A DNA stretch of 63,798 nucleotides, the filler included. It is 4 parts of 4 records of this genome, joined end to end, with 100 filler letters (N's around TTAATTAATTAA, not from the genome) between each part and the next. Parts side by side here need not be neighbours in the genome. Positions count along the whole stretch, not along the records: positions 1 to 21,855 come from SRR31156797_1742; 3 more parts are not named here. One strand, 5' to 3'. Below the pieces are notes generated by a model, which did no database searches, was not told where the DNA came from, and saw nothing but the letters and a program-made list of their open reading frames with translations. The position numbers and the translations under genes are program-made. This document shows positions 10,505 to 21,855 of this stretch, piece after piece. The number at the start of each line of letters is the position of its first letter. The stretch's first letter is position 1.

Positions 10505-13500
10505 TTGAAAAAACTGTTTAAATATACTCTGGCCCTCTGTTTTGTATTACTGTGTAGTGCTTTAAAAAGCAACCAATCGGTTAATGCTGGTTATTTTCCG
10601 TATGATAATTTGTTCGAAAACTACCAACAAACAGATACTTTGAAGAATGCTAATGCCAATTCTCAAAGAATCGTAAATCTGCGATCACCTTTTTTTAAAG
10701 ATAATCCTAATGCTAAGAATGATTCTTTAAGATATCCTTTTGATGATGAGAATGATAATGTTGAATATGGATCTCAGCAAAAATCTCCTTTGTACCTAAA
10801 TGATCCAAGTAACATTAAAACTTCGATTCAATATGATCCGGAAACCGGGAATTACATTCTGGTTAAAACGATCGGGGAAATGAAATATCGTAGAGCGATA
10901 TCAATGTCCGCAGAAGAATATGAAAAATATGTTGCGGAGACTTCTGTTCGTGATTATTGGATGCAAAGAAGTCGAAACGAAGGAAGTTCATCGAATAACG
11001 AATTGGTTCCAGATATGAAATTTGGAGGACAATTTGTCGATAAAATATTTGGAAGTAATACTATAAAAATAAAACCACAAGGATCTGCCGAATTGACTTT
11101 TGGTATTAATACAACTAAAGTTGAAAACCCTACCCTTCCTGAAAACTTAAGAAAAACTACCAGTTTTGATTTTGATGAAAAAATTCAAATGAATGTAACA
11201 GGTACAGTTGGTGAGAAGTTGAAAATGGATGTCAATTACAATACCGAAGCTACATTTGATTTTGAAAATCAAATGCGTTTGGAGTATACTGGTGACGAAG
11301 ATGAAATTATTAAGAAAGTGGAGGCGGGAAATGTTTCTATGCCGATTTCCAATACACTTATTACTGGTGGTCAAAACCTTTTTGGTGTAAAAACTCAAAT
11401 GCAATTTGGAAAACTATCTGTTACTTCTGTTTTCTCTCAGCAAAAGGGTGAAACTTCGGTTATACAGTTAGAGAACGGAGCTCAGGAGAATGAGTATGAA
11501 ATTTCGGTTGATCAGTATGAGGCAAATCGTCACTTTTTCCTTTCAAAATATTTTTACGATAACTACGATAAGGCACTAGCCAATTTGCCAGTTGTAAACT
11601 CAGCAATATCTATTAATAAAATTGAAGTTTGGGTAACTAATAAAACGTCAAATTTTCAGAATGCCAGAAATGTGGTTTCTTTTGTTGATTTGGCTGAAGA
11701 TGCTACTAATATTGATAAAACAAATCTTTTTACAGCAGATGCAAGTAGTACATTGCCTTCCAATGAAAGGAATAATCTGTACGATAGAATGCTAAATGAA
11801 TTTTCGGCTATTCGAGATATTAATCAGGTTACGAGCACACTGAGTACTGTAGGAGGTGGTTTCGCTAGTGGATATGATTACGAGAAGGTAGAAAATGCGA
11901 GAAAACTTAGTGAATCGGAATATGAAGTAAATGAGAAATTAGGATACATTTCTTTGAATCAGGCACTAAATGCCGATGAAGTTTTGGCTGTATCCTACGA
12001 ATATACATATAGAGGGCAGGTTTATAGAGTCGGAGAATTTTCTTCTGATGGAGTAAGTGCTCCGCAAACTCTAATAATGAAACTCTTGAAAGGTACTAAC
12101 CTAAGTCCTAAGCAACCTACCTGGGAGTTGATGATGAAAAACATTTATAATATTGGTGCATATCAGGTTAATCAAGAGGATTTTGTACTGAATATTTTAT
12201 ATCAGAACGATCAGGCAGGAACTAAGGTTAATTATTTACCTGAAGGAGATATTAAAAATGAGATATTACTTCAAGTATTAAATCTGGATAATCTGAATTC
12301 TCAGTTGGATCCTGGTTCAGATGGGATGTTCGATTATATTAATGGAGTAACAATTTATAGTAATAATGGTAGAATTATCTTCCCTATAATAGAACCATTT
12401 GGAGAATTTTTACGAGAGAAAATAGGAAACAATGCAATTGCTGATAAATACGTTTTTAAAGAATTATATGAATTAACTCAGAATGAAGCGCAGCAAATTG
12501 CAGAAAAGAATAAATACTCTCTTAAAGGAAGTTATAAATCATCTACTAGTTCAGAGATTTCGCTGAATGCCTTAAATGTAGAGCCCGGATCGGTAAGTGT
12601 AAAGGCTGGAGGTATCGAATTGGTTGAAAATATCGATTATACCGTAGACTATACTTTAGGTCGTGTTAAAATTATTAATCAAAGTTTGTTAGAGTCTAGC
12701 ACTCCAATTACGATTGAATCTGAGAACAATTCACTTTTTAATATTCAAACAAAAACATTACTTGGTGTTCAAATGGATTATCAGATCAATGATGATTTTA
12801 ATCTAGGAGCAACAGTAATGCATCTTTCTGAACAGCCATTAACACAGAAAGTGAATATTGGTGATGAGCCAATTTCCAATACAATTTGGGGATTAAACGG
12901 TAGTTACCAAACCGAATCGATGTTTCTAACCAGAATGATAGACAAGCTACCATTTATTGAGACAAAAGAACCATCGAAGATTTCGGTAGAAGGAGAATTT
13001 GCCCAATTAATTCCTGGCCATAATAGTGCCATTGGAAGTTCGGGAACTGCCTATATAGATGATTTTGAAGGAACGGAAACATCTATTGATATGAAAAGTT
13101 TGAGTTCATGGGTGTTAGCGAGTACACCTCAAAATAATGAGGCTCAGTTTCCTGAAGGAAAATTGAATAATGATTTATCGTATGGTTTCAATCGTGCAAA
13201 ATTAGCATGGTACGTGATCGACCCATTATTCTTGAGAAATAATTCCGCAACTCCAGGTCATATTAAAGCAGATAAGGATCAGCAATCAAATCACTTTGTT
13301 CGTGAAATTTACGAAGAAGAAATTTGGCCAAATAAAGAGAGAGCTTCTGGAGTTCCAACGAATATATCTGTATTAAACTTAGCCTATTACCCAGAGGAGA
13401 AAGGTCCTTACAATTATGATGTTGATGGTGAGCCAGGAATTTCACAGGGTATGAAACCTGATGGAACATTGAACGACCCGGAAAGTAGATGGGGAGGTAT

Positions 13501-16500
13501 TATGCGCAGAATAGAAACCAATGATTTCGAAGCTGCAAATATTGCCTATATCGAGTTTTGGATGATGGATCCATTTGTTTACGATGAAAATCATAAGGGT
13601 GGTGATTTGTACTTTAATTTGGGTAATGTTTCGGAGGATGTACTGAGGGACTCAAGAAAATCTTTTGAAAATGGATTACCAACCGATGAAAATATAACAT
13701 TAGTTGACAGTACGGTTTGGGGACGTGTTCCATTGGTACAATCTTTAGTAAATGCATTTGATAATAATACCAATTCCAGAAGATATCAGGATGTCGGTCT
13801 TGATGGATTAAGTACGACTGATGAGTTAACTTATTTTGATGATTACATACAAGCCATTAGTATTTCTGGAAATTTAGGAACTGGATCTGGAGCTTATCAA
13901 AATGCGGTAAATGACCCATCTAGTGATAACTACCATTATTTTAGAGGGAGCGATTACGATGCCGATGAAGTTAGTATTCTTGAAAGATATAAGCAATATA
14001 ATGGCCCGGAAGGAAACTCTCCAACCTCGGAATTATCTCCAGAAGGTTATCCTACATCGGCAACAACTCTGCCCGATGTGGAGGATATCAACCATGACAA
14101 TACTTTGAGTGAAAGTGAAGCCTACTACCAATATCGGGTTCATTTAGAACCTAATGAAATGGAAGTCGGCAAAAATTTCATTACGGATAAAATTACAAGT
14201 AATGTTGATTTGGAGAATGGAACCGAGGGAACTGTAAATTGGTTTCAATTTAAAATTCCAGTGAGTGAATTTGAAGATCAATTTGGTAATATTAGCGACT
14301 TTACCTCCATTCGATTTATGAGAATGTTCTTAAAGGATTTTGATGAAGAGGTAGTCATGCGTTTTGCGACTCTTGATTTGGTGCGAGACGATTGGAGAAA
14401 ATATGAGCAAGCCATTAATGAGGAGATTAATGATGTTGTTGTTTCGGATGCTGGCTTTGATATCACTGCGATTAATATTGAGGAAAATGCAGCTAAGGAA
14501 CCTGTAAATTATGTATTACCTCCGGGAATTGATCGTGTTGTAGATCCTAGTAATCCACAACTTATTCAGTTGAACGAGCAGGCAATTTTGCTGAAAGTTA
14601 CCGATTTGGAGAATGGAAAAGGAAAAGGTGCATATAAAACCTTAAATATGGACGTTCGCAAATATGGCAAATTAAAAATGGATGTTCATGCCGAAGAAAT
14701 TGATGGTTTTTCATTGAATGATGAAGAAGTAACTGCATTTATTCGATTGGGATCCGATTATCAGGATAACTACTATGAATATGAAATACCATTGCACTTG
14801 ACTGCTCCAGGGTTATACAATGGAGATAATGAGGATGATAGATTATTGGTTTGGCCAGATGAAAATAGATTTGATTTTAAATTGAAATTGTTTCAAACCA
14901 TAAAGCAATTGAGAAATGATGCGGTTAGAGCTTCGGCATTAGTTGATTATTCAACAGTTTATAGTTCTACAGTAGAGGAACTTTCAGATGATTCAGATCC
15001 TAATAAAACCAATCATATTGTTCGAATTAAGGGTAATCCAAATCTTGCGAACGTAAGAACCGTAATGATTGGTATTAAGAATCCTATAGAAGATGTTACG
15101 GGTAATGACGACCAGCAACCAAAGTCGGTAGAAGTGTGGATGAACGAATTGCGTTTGACGGATTTTGATGAAGAAGGAGGCTGGGCAGCTAATTTAAGGG
15201 TAACTACCAAATTGGCGGATTTAGGTACGGTTACATGGGCAGGAACAAAAATAACTTCCGGATTTGGAGGAATAGAAGATGGAGTTAATGAAAGATATAC
15301 CGATGATATCTTCCAATATGATTTATCTGCTAGTTTGGAATTAGGAAAATTTTTCCCTGAAAAATCGGGAGTTAAAATACCATTGTATTATGCCATATCT
15401 GAGGAAACAATAAGTCCTGAGTACAATCCATTAGATCCGGATATACCTCTAGATGTAGCTTTGGATAATGCAGAGACAAAAGCTGAAAGAGATTCGATAA
15501 AACATATCTCTCAGGAATATACAAAACGTAAGAGTTTCAACTTAACCAATGTTAGAATAGAAAAGAAGGAGGGGAAGCCAAAATTATTGGATGTGTCAAA
15601 TCTTTCCTTAACCTATTCTTATAATGAAACTTATTCTCGTGATGTGAATACAGTTCGAGATTTGGAAAAGAATTACAGAGGCGTAATTAATTATAATTAT
15701 ACCAATCGACCTAAAATTGTTCAACCGTTTAAAAAAGTAAAATCGCTGCAGAAACCGGCATATAGATTAATAAAAGATTTCAATTTTTATTATTTGCCTA
15801 CTCAGCTTTCTTTCAGATCCGATTTACAAAGATACTACCACGAAATAGAGAATAGAAATATTGAAGAACCTGGTTTAAAAATTGACCCATCATACGATAA
15901 AGATTTTATCTGGTACAGATATTACGATTTGAAATACAATTTAACGAAAGGATTGAAATTTGATTTCTCTGCAACGAATACCTCGCGAATAGATGAACCT
16001 GATGGAATTGTTGATAGAGACCGTGATCGAGATGCCTATGATATCTGGAAAGATTCGATTTGGAATAATATAATGGATGGTGGTAGAAACATTCAGTATC
16101 ATCACAATTTTAATGTTACCTATACGGTACCAATAAATAAAATACCATTGCTAAACTGGACATCGCTTAATGCAAGATATTCCGGCTCATACGATTGGGA
16201 TGCAGGTGCGGTAACGGCCGATACAATAGAATTGGGGAATACGATTCGTAACTCCAATAACATTCAGTTGAACGGTCAGCTAAAAATGGTGAGTCTTTAT
16301 AATAAAATTGGATTCCTGAAAAAAATCAATCGGAAATACGATTCGAACCGGAAATACAAAAAGAAGACCAAGAGTTATAAGAAAGTTAATTATGTAGGAA
16401 ATCTGGATGAATTAAAAGCTGGTGTTCCGACTTCAATTTATCACAAACTTTTAACCGAAGATATTACTGTTAAGGTATACGATAAACAAGGTCGCGAAGT

Positions 16501-18052
16501 AAAAGTTAAAGTTAAACCTGTAACAGGAAACCGCGCTAAAATCACAGCATCGAAAAATGTGAGAGATCTTCGTGTGAGAATTACTGGTAAGGTGACCGAG
16601 AAAGATGGAATACTTACGGTTATTGGAGAAAAGTTTCTACGAACGTTGATGAGTGTTAGAAATATTAGCATTAACTATTCTGAGATTAACTCTACAACTT
16701 TACCTGGATACTTACCACAAACCAATTATTTTGGTGGAGAATCGTTTAATGGGACTAAAGCACCAGGATTTAAGTTTTTAAGCGGAGGTCAGGATAGGGG
16801 TTTTGCCAAAACTGCAGCTAATAATGGTTGGATTACAACTGATCAAACCTTGAATGAGCCTTATGTAATGAGTCATACACAAAATTTCTCATTGCGAAGT
16901 ACAATTGAGCCAGTTAAAGGATTAAAGATTGATTTAACTGCCAATAGAAATTATTCAAGGAACAGAAGCGAATACTATATTTATAATGAAGAGAACTCAA
17001 CTTTTTCAAATGAAAATCTTGTAAAATCAGGTAATTTCAGCATGAGTTTTATGAGTATTAAGTCTGCATTTTTCACGATTGGAAACACCGGAGATTACTC
17101 TTCTAAGTATTTTGATGAATTCCTTCAATTAAGATTTAAGGAATCTGAGCGATTGGCTAAAGTAAGGTACGGTCCTGAATATATAAACAAAAAGGAAACA
17201 ATAACTGTTGGAGCACCTCCTAACGAACAAAAAATTGAAACTGGTTTTTACGAAGGTTATAATGGAACATCTCAGGAAGTATTAATTCCCGCATTTCTAA
17301 AGGCTTATGGTGGCGGAGGTAGCGGTTATAATAAACTATTCCCTGGAATTGAAAAAATGATGCCAAATTGGAGGGTTACCTTTGAGGGATTATCAAAATT
17401 GCCATTCATCAAACGCTATTTTAAATCAATAAATTTAAGTCATGCATATACATCAACATATGATGTTGGTTCATATACAACGAACCTTTCTGCTCAGTAT
17501 GATGAGGATGGATTCCTTAAGATTAATGAAATGACAAATAATTTTTATAGCCTTTATGATGCCAATTCAGTTTCTATTAATGAACAGTTTAATCCGCTGA
17601 TTAATGTGGATATGATTTGGAAGAATAATTTCTCTACAAGTTTTGAAATTAAACGTACCAGAAATCTTATTTTAAGTCTAACCAATACCCAATTAACTGA
17701 AGTTGTTTCTAATGAGGTAATCTTCGGGCTTGGATACAGATTTGATAACTTTGGAATGATCATTGGTTCGGGATCGCGACAAAAGAAATTTAAGAGTGAT
17801 TTGAATCTACGTGGGGATTTATCGATACGTAAAAACAGTACGATTATTCGAAAAATTGTTGATGAAGTGGATCAGTTAACTTCAGGACAGAAAGTAGTAA
17901 CATTGAAAATGAGTGCTGATTACGTTCTGAGTAACCGATTCAATTTAAGACTGTATTATGATCGTATTGTAAATACTCCGTATGTATCGCTTTCGTATCC
18001 GACTACTACTACCGAGTTTGGTGCTAGTATTCGATTTACATTGGCTAATTAA
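10505..18052 (+). CDS. sprA: Type IX secretion system outer-membrane translocon SprA/Sov
   Basis: 2515 aa; YNTEATFDFEN, LFGVKTQMQFG, YIDDFEG, IEFWMMDPF and EVWMNELRL motifs; ruvA-sprA-gcvH synteny; beta-strand C-terminus. Confidence 0.95.
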   Translation: MKKLFKYTLALCFVLLCSALKSNQSVNAGYFPYDNLFENYQQTDTLKNANANSQRIVNLRSPFFKDNPNAKNDSLRYPFDDENDNVEYGSQQKSPLYLNDPSNIKTSIQYDPETGNYILVKTIGEMKYRRAISMSAEEYEKYVAETSVRDYWMQRSRNEGSSSNNELVPDMKFGGQFVDKIFGSNTIKIKPQGSAELTFGINTTKVENPTLPENLRKTTSFDFDEKIQMNVTGTVGEKLKMDVNYNTEATFDFENQMRLEYTGDEDEIIKKVEAGNVSMPISNTLITGGQNLFGVKTQMQFGKLSVTSVFSQQKGETSVIQLENGAQENEYEISVDQYEANRHFFLSKYFYDNYDKALANLPVVNSAISINKIEVWVTNKTSNFQNARNVVSFVDLAEDATNIDKTNLFTADASSTLPSNERNNLYDRMLNEFSAIRDINQVTSTLSTVGGGFASGYDYEKVENARKLSESEYEVNEKLGYISLNQALNADEVLAVSYEYTYRGQVYRVGEFSSDGVSAPQTLIMKLLKGTNLSPKQPTWELMMKNIYNIGAYQVNQEDFVLNILYQNDQAGTKVNYLPEGDIKNEILLQVLNLDNLNSQLDPGSDGMFDYINGVTIYSNNGRIIFPIIEPFGEFLREKIGNNAIADKYVFKELYELTQNEAQQIAEKNKYSLKGSYKSSTSSEISLNALNVEPGSVSVKAGGIELVENIDYTVDYTLGRVKIINQSLLESSTPITIESENNSLFNIQTKTLLGVQMDYQINDDFNLGATVMHLSEQPLTQKVNIGDEPISNTIWGLNGSYQTESMFLTRMIDKLPFIETKEPSKISVEGEFAQLIPGHNSAIGSSGTAYIDDFEGTETSIDMKSLSSWVLASTPQNNEAQFPEGKLNNDLSYGFNRAKLAWYVIDPLFLRNNSATPGHIKADKDQQSNHFVREIYEEEIWPNKERASGVPTNISVLNLAYYPEEKGPYNYDVDGEPGISQGMKPDGTLNDPESRWGGIMRRIETNDFEAANIAYIEFWMMDPFVYDENHKGGDLYFNLGNVSEDVLRDSRKSFENGLPTDENITLVDSTVWGRVPLVQSLVNAFDNNTNSRRYQDVGLDGLSTTDELTYFDDYIQAISISGNLGTGSGAYQNAVNDPSSDNYHYFRGSDYDADEVSILERYKQYNGPEGNSPTSELSPEGYPTSATTLPDVEDINHDNTLSESEAYYQYRVHLEPNEMEVGKNFITDKITSNVDLENGTEGTVNWFQFKIPVSEFEDQFGNISDFTSIRFMRMFLKDFDEEVVMRFATLDLVRDDWRKYEQAINEEINDVVVSDAGFDITAINIEENAAKEPVNYVLPPGIDRVVDPSNPQLIQLNEQAILLKVTDLENGKGKGAYKTLNMDVRKYGKLKMDVHAEEIDGFSLNDEEVTAFIRLGSDYQDNYYEYEIPLHLTAPGLYNGDNEDDRLLVWPDENRFDFKLKLFQTIKQLRNDAVRASALVDYSTVYSSTVEELSDDSDPNKTNHIVRIKGNPNLANVRTVMIGIKNPIEDVTGNDDQQPKSVEVWMNELRLTDFDEEGGWAANLRVTTKLADLGTVTWAGTKITSGFGGIEDGVNERYTDDIFQYDLSASLELGKFFPEKSGVKIPLYYAISEETISPEYNPLDPDIPLDVALDNAETKAERDSIKHISQEYTKRKSFNLTNVRIEKKEGKPKLLDVSNLSLTYSYNETYSRDVNTVRDLEKNYRGVINYNYTNRPKIVQPFKKVKSLQKPAYRLIKDFNFYYLPTQLSFRSDLQRYYHEIENRNIEEPGLKIDPSYDKDFIWYRYYDLKYNLTKGLKFDFSATNTSRIDEPDGIVDRDRDRDAYDIWKDSIWNNIMDGGRNIQYHHNFNVTYTVPINKIPLLNWTSLNARYSGSYDWDAGAVTADTIELGNTIRNSNNIQLNGQLKMVSLYNKIGFLKKINRKYDSNRKYKKKTKSYKKVNYVGNLDELKAGVPTSIYHKLLTEDITVKVYDKQGREVKVKVKPVTGNRAKITASKNVRDLRVRITGKVTEKDGILTVIGEKFLRTLMSVRNISINYSEINSTTLPGYLPQTNYFGGESFNGTKAPGFKFLSGGQDRGFAKTAANNGWITTDQTLNEPYVMSHTQNFSLRSTIEPVKGLKIDLTANRNYSRNRSEYYIYNEENSTFSNENLVKSGNFSMSFMSIKSAFFTIGNTGDYSSKYFDEFLQLRFKESERLAKVRYGPEYINKKETITVGAPPNEQKIETGFYEGYNGTSQEVLIPAFLKAYGGGGSGYNKLFPGIEKMMPNWRVTFEGLSKLPFIKRYFKSINLSHAYTSTYDVGSYTTNLSAQYDEDGFLKINEMTNNFYSLYDANSVSINEQFNPLINVDMIWKNNFSTSFEIKRTRNLILSLTNTQLTEVVSNEVIFGLGYRFDNFGMIIGSGSRQKKFKSDLNLRGDLSIRKNSTIIRKIVDEVDQLTSGQKVVTLKMSADYVLSNRFNLRLYYDRIVNTPYVSLSYPTTTTEFGASIRFTLAN

Positions 18053-18156
18053 ATGTCTTTTAAGACTGGTTTTAAATGACTTGTTAAAATTTTAAGATTA
18101 AGTTGTAAAACATTCATTTCAAACAAAAGTCATATTTTATAATTGAAAAAAAAATG

Positions 18157-18164
18157 TAAATTTG
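18157..18164 (+). promoter_or_regulatory. Bacteroidota -7 element for gcvH
   Basis: TAAATTTG upstream of ATG 18202. Confidence 0.55.
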
Positions 18165-18201
18165 AGCCATTAATAAACCTCTTTTAAAACAACATACTAT
18201 C

Positions 18202-18576
18202 ATGAATGTACCTGAAAATTTAAAGTACACAAAAGATCACGAATGGATTCGTGTAGAAGGTGATAACGCTTTTATTGGTGTGACTGACTTTGCTCAAGGA
18301 GAACTTGGAGACATCGTTTTTGTTGAAGTTGAAACCGAAGGCGAAGAATTAGATAAAGAAGAAGTATTTGGAACTATTGAAGCTGTTAAAACAGTATCTG
18401 ATATGTTTATGCCAATTGGTGGTGAAGTATTAGAGTTTAACGAAAAGCTTGAAGATGCTCCGGAATCAATCAACTCTGATCCTTATGGTGACGGTTGGAT
18501 TGTTAAGGTTAAGATTGCTGATACTGCAGAATTGGAAGAATTGCTAACTGCTGAGCAATACAAAGAATTACTATAA
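18202..18576 (+). CDS. gcvH: Glycine cleavage system H protein
   Basis: YTKDHEW, lipoyl-lysine motif [17 protein letters not shown]. Confidence 0.97.
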   Translation: MNVPENLKYTKDHEWIRVEGDNAFIGVTDFAQGELGDIVFVEVETEGEELDKEEVFGTIEAVKTVSDMFMPIGGEVLEFNEKLEDAPESINSDPYGDGWIVKVKIADTAELEELLTAEQYKELL

Positions 18577-18593
18577 GCGAATTCTCGATATAG

Positions 18594-18627
18594 AAAACCC
18601 CTTTTACCATTGGTAAAAGGGGTTTTT
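18594..18627. terminator. Bidirectional terminator between convergent genes
   Basis: AAAACCCCTTTTACCA-t-TGGTAAAAGGGGTTTT inverted repeat. Confidence 0.85.
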
Positions 18628-18646
18628 GTTTTAATTGCGGTTCTGT

Positions 18647-19861
18647 TTAAAGACTGAAATATACTCCAAGACCTATAAAACCATTATTTTCTTTAAAGGA
18701 ATAATTGAATTCGGGTTGTATTCCCCACATTTGAGAAGATCTATATTTTAGGAAAACTCGCGCAGTGTTCTCTCCATAAATATTTCCTTCTTGATGAATA
18801 AGATATCCAAAACCGGCACCAACCCATTGTTCTCGTTTATAATCTTCCCCAACATTAATGTCCATGATTCCATCAAGAAAGCCATTATATCTTACTGAAT
18901 TAGTATCATTGTTTCCCTTTCCAAAAGCTTTTAATTGATAGCGTAGAGCAATTCTTATGGCTGAATTTTGTTTATGGTTAAAATTCATACCTAGTAAAGC
19001 ACTCATATCGGCAGAGAATTCACTTTTGATTAATGAAGTTCCTACTTGGGGATAAAAATTTAATGACATATGTCTGGTACGTACCTTCTTTATATTGTTA
19101 AGTGAATTTTGTTGCACAAGTTCGCCATCTTTTAAAACGTATCTCAAATTAGTGTGATATTTATAATATCGTTTCTTCATGAAATTATCTTTTTCAGCTC
19201 TTATTAGTTTTTTAAGATTGTATGAACCAATTGCCTTTAAATCTTCTAATTTATTTGCATAAAATTTAACTTCCCAGGAAGTATAGTCTATCTCAAGAAT
19301 GTGTTGCCATTGAGTTTGCGATACCAATTGGTTATTTTCGATTTGAAACTCTTTTGTTTTGGTAATATCCTTTCGAATATTAACATGAAGATTATGCTTT
19401 CTTGGATATACAAATTCCCACATTTTTGAGAATCTTTTTCTATGTATACTGTCTTTTTCCTGTTTAGATTTTCCTATTAAATCTTCTTTTTTATATTGAG
19501 AATAAAACTCTTGCATTCTAGTTGTAAGATTTGTTCTATCTCTCCAGCTTTTTAAAGTTATATGATATCTGTTATTATTGTCGAATTCAAGTTCCTGGAT
19601 CTTTTCACTCAATAGATTCAAATTTGTTTCAAATGGCTTCCAAAAATATTTTTCAAACTTTTCATCATCTTCTCTAAAAAGATCATACCAATTGTAGATG
19701 AATTCTATTTTTTGACCTTGGGTGAGGTCAATTGTTAGTGTGTCTTTGTATTCAGGACGAATTCCGAGATAATTATTTGGAGAATTAAATCCTTTTCCCT
19801 GTGCATTTGCTTGCCATGCCATTATCAAAAGTAAGCATGAACTTATGAGTATTTTTTTCAT
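18647..19861 (-). CDS. Secreted or outer-membrane hypothetical protein with a probable C-terminal beta-barrel
   Basis: Signal peptide (..WQANAQ); amphipathic beta strands ending GFIGLGVYFSL. Confidence 0.7.
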   Translation of the reverse strand: MKKILISSCLLLIMAWQANAQGKGFNSPNNYLGIRPEYKDTLTIDLTQGQKIEFIYNWYDLFREDDEKFEKYFWKPFETNLNLLSEKIQELEFDNNNRYHITLKSWRDRTNLTTRMQEFYSQYKKEDLIGKSKQEKDSIHRKRFSKMWEFVYPRKHNLHVNIRKDITKTKEFQIENNQLVSQTQWQHILEIDYTSWEVKFYANKLEDLKAIGSYNLKKLIRAEKDNFMKKRYYKYHTNLRYVLKDGELVQQNSLNNIKKVRTRHMSLNFYPQVGTSLIKSEFSADMSALLGMNFNHKQNSAIRIALRYQLKAFGKGNNDTNSVRYNGFLDGIMDINVGEDYKREQWVGAGFGYLIHQEGNIYGENTARVFLKYRSSQMWGIQPEFNYSFKENNGFIGLGVYFSL

Positions 19862-19872
19862 GTTGTGATTTT

Positions 19873-20472
19873 TTAATTTTGAAACAATTTGTTGATCTTT
19901 TTCACAAAAGATTTTTTGTTTGATGGATCCATGGTATTACTTGCTAAACGATCACTTTCATAGTAAACAGGTAAATCGAGTTCCGGAATCTCGCTTTCTA
20001 ATCTGTCTGGTTTTACACGTTCGGTTATTTGTATGTATAGCTTATCCTCTACATTATTTTGGAATACAATTGGCTGATTAATTACAATTGTAGGTAGTTG
20101 AGGCAATGGTACATAATTTCTTTGATCTAAGAACGCTAAATTCGATTTGACTAGTGAATCTCTTAAAATTTGGTTATTACTTTCGACCTGCTTGTTCTCT
20201 ATAGTTAAGGAAGAAATGAGATTCTTTTGGCTCACTATATCACCTTGTTGAATTGTGATGTAATTGTATTGTTGATAGTGAAAGTAAAAAGAAGAACCTA
20301 GCATTAGGATGAGAATTGCCACAGCAATTTTCCAATTCTTATTTGATCTTTGTTGTATCCTCCCTTGCAAAGATTTCAAAACACGATCTTTGTTAAAAGC
20401 TATATCCGCTGGAATATTACTTTGATTTTTAAGGGTTTTTATAAAAATATCATCCAACATATTGGGCTGCAT
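19873..20472 (-). CDS. Single-pass membrane protein, putative anti-sigma factor
   Basis: Overlaps the 3' end of the ECF sigma gene; short cytoplasmic N-terminus, TM helix (WKIAVAILILMLG), coiled coil. Confidence 0.6.
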   Translation of the reverse strand: MQPNMLDDIFIKTLKNQSNIPADIAFNKDRVLKSLQGRIQQRSNKNWKIAVAILILMLGSSFYFHYQQYNYITIQQGDIVSQKNLISSLTIENKQVESNNQILRDSLVKSNLAFLDQRNYVPLPQLPTIVINQPIVFQNNVEDKLYIQITERVKPDRLESEIPELDLPVYYESDRLASNTMDPSNKKSFVKKINKLFQN

Positions 20473-20989
20473 AATTGTGTGATTTTAGTTGTGTTTTTAA
20501 AGTATTTCTTGCTCTGCTTAGTTGAGAGCGAGATGCACTTTCACTAATGTTTAATTTCTTGGCTATTTCTTTATGCGAATAACCTTCAATAACGTAGAGA
20601 TTAAAAACTGTTCGATATCCATCGGGTAAATTTCGAACGATTCTTAAACAGGATTCCAATTCAAGTTTATTTTCTATATCTGGAATTTGTAATATTGATA
20701 GATCCTGAAATTCACTATCGTCGGCTGAGGTTAATCTTTTTTGTTCTCTTAAGAATAGTAAGCTTTCGTTTACCATAATTTGATTTAACCAACCTAAAGT
20801 CGCTTTTTCATTTTCAAATTTGAAATTATCTAAAGCTTCGTAGATTTTAATAAATCCTCTTTGTATTACTTCTTCAGCATCGAATTGAGAAGCAACATAT
20901 CGTAGCACCAAAAGAAAGAGTTGGTCGCAATAGGACTCATAAAGTCTGTTGAAAACAGTTTTCTTATTTTTCTTAAAGAGTCTCAGCAT
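20450..20989 (-). CDS. ECF-type RNA polymerase sigma-70 factor
   Basis: DAEEVIQRGF region 2; LPDGYRTVFNLYVIEGYSHKEIAKKLNISESASRSQLSRAR region 4. Confidence 0.95.
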   Translation of the reverse strand: MLRLFKKNKKTVFNRLYESYCDQLFLLVLRYVASQFDAEEVIQRGFIKIYEALDNFKFENEKATLGWLNQIMVNESLLFLREQKRLTSADDSEFQDLSILQIPDIENKLELESCLRIVRNLPDGYRTVFNLYVIEGYSHKEIAKKLNISESASRSQLSRARNTLKTQLKSHNYAAQYVG

Positions 20990-21181
20990 TTAACTTTCAA
21001 GTTTTCGATTACTTTAATTTCTCTAATTTACATATAGAATACACAAGCTTAATAAAACGCTGCATCAATTTTTAAAATAATTTCACATAAGCTTGAGGGG
21101 TTGTGTAATTATTTTGTAAGACTTATTGTAAACTGTAAGTATTCACAAGGATTGATTTAAATGAATACTTGAAAAGGGAGC

Positions 21182-21213
21182 AAAAAAAAAGCAGTCCGTT
21201 TGGACTGCTTTTT
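21182..21213 (-). terminator. Terminator after infB
   Basis: AAAAGCAGTCC-gttt-GGACTGCTTTT with a long A run giving a U tail on the minus strand. Confidence 0.8.
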
Positions 21214-21233
21214 AGATATATTTGAATTGTGTA

Positions 21234-21855
21234 TTACAATTTCTTTTTCACTTCGGTTTCTTCGAATGCTTCAACCATATCTCCAACTTTGATATCGTTG
21301 TATTTTTCGATGTTCAAACCACACTCGTATCCTTTTGCTACTTCCTTTGCATCGTCTTTAAATCGTTTCAACGATCCTAATGTTCCTGTGTGGATAACAA
21401 TACCATCACGGATTAAGCGGATTTGAGAACTACGTTTGATTTTTCCTTCACGAACAATACAACCTGCAATTGTTCCAACTTTACTAATCTTGAATGTTTC
21501 AAGAACTTCAACAGTTGCGACAATCTCTTCTTTAATTTCAGGAGAAAGCATACCTTCCATCGCTGATTTCAATTCCTCAATTGCATCGTAGATGATTGAG
21601 TACAGACGAATATCGATTTCTTCCTTCTCAGCAAGCTTACGCGCTCCGATAGATGGACGAACCTGGAAACCTACAATAATCGCGTTAGACGCTGTTGCAA
21701 GCATAACATCCGATTCTGAAATCTGACCAACTGCTTTGTGAATAACATTCACTTGTATTTCTTCAGTAGAAAGTTTGATTAATGAATCAGAAAGTGCCTC
21801 AATAGAACCATCCACATCACCTTTCACAATTACATTCAACTCCTGGAAGTTTCCA
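21234..21855 (-). CDS. infB: Translation initiation factor IF-2, C-terminal part (truncated at contig end)
   Basis: [30 protein letters not shown] and GYECG motifs; frame open to the contig edge. Confidence 0.96.
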
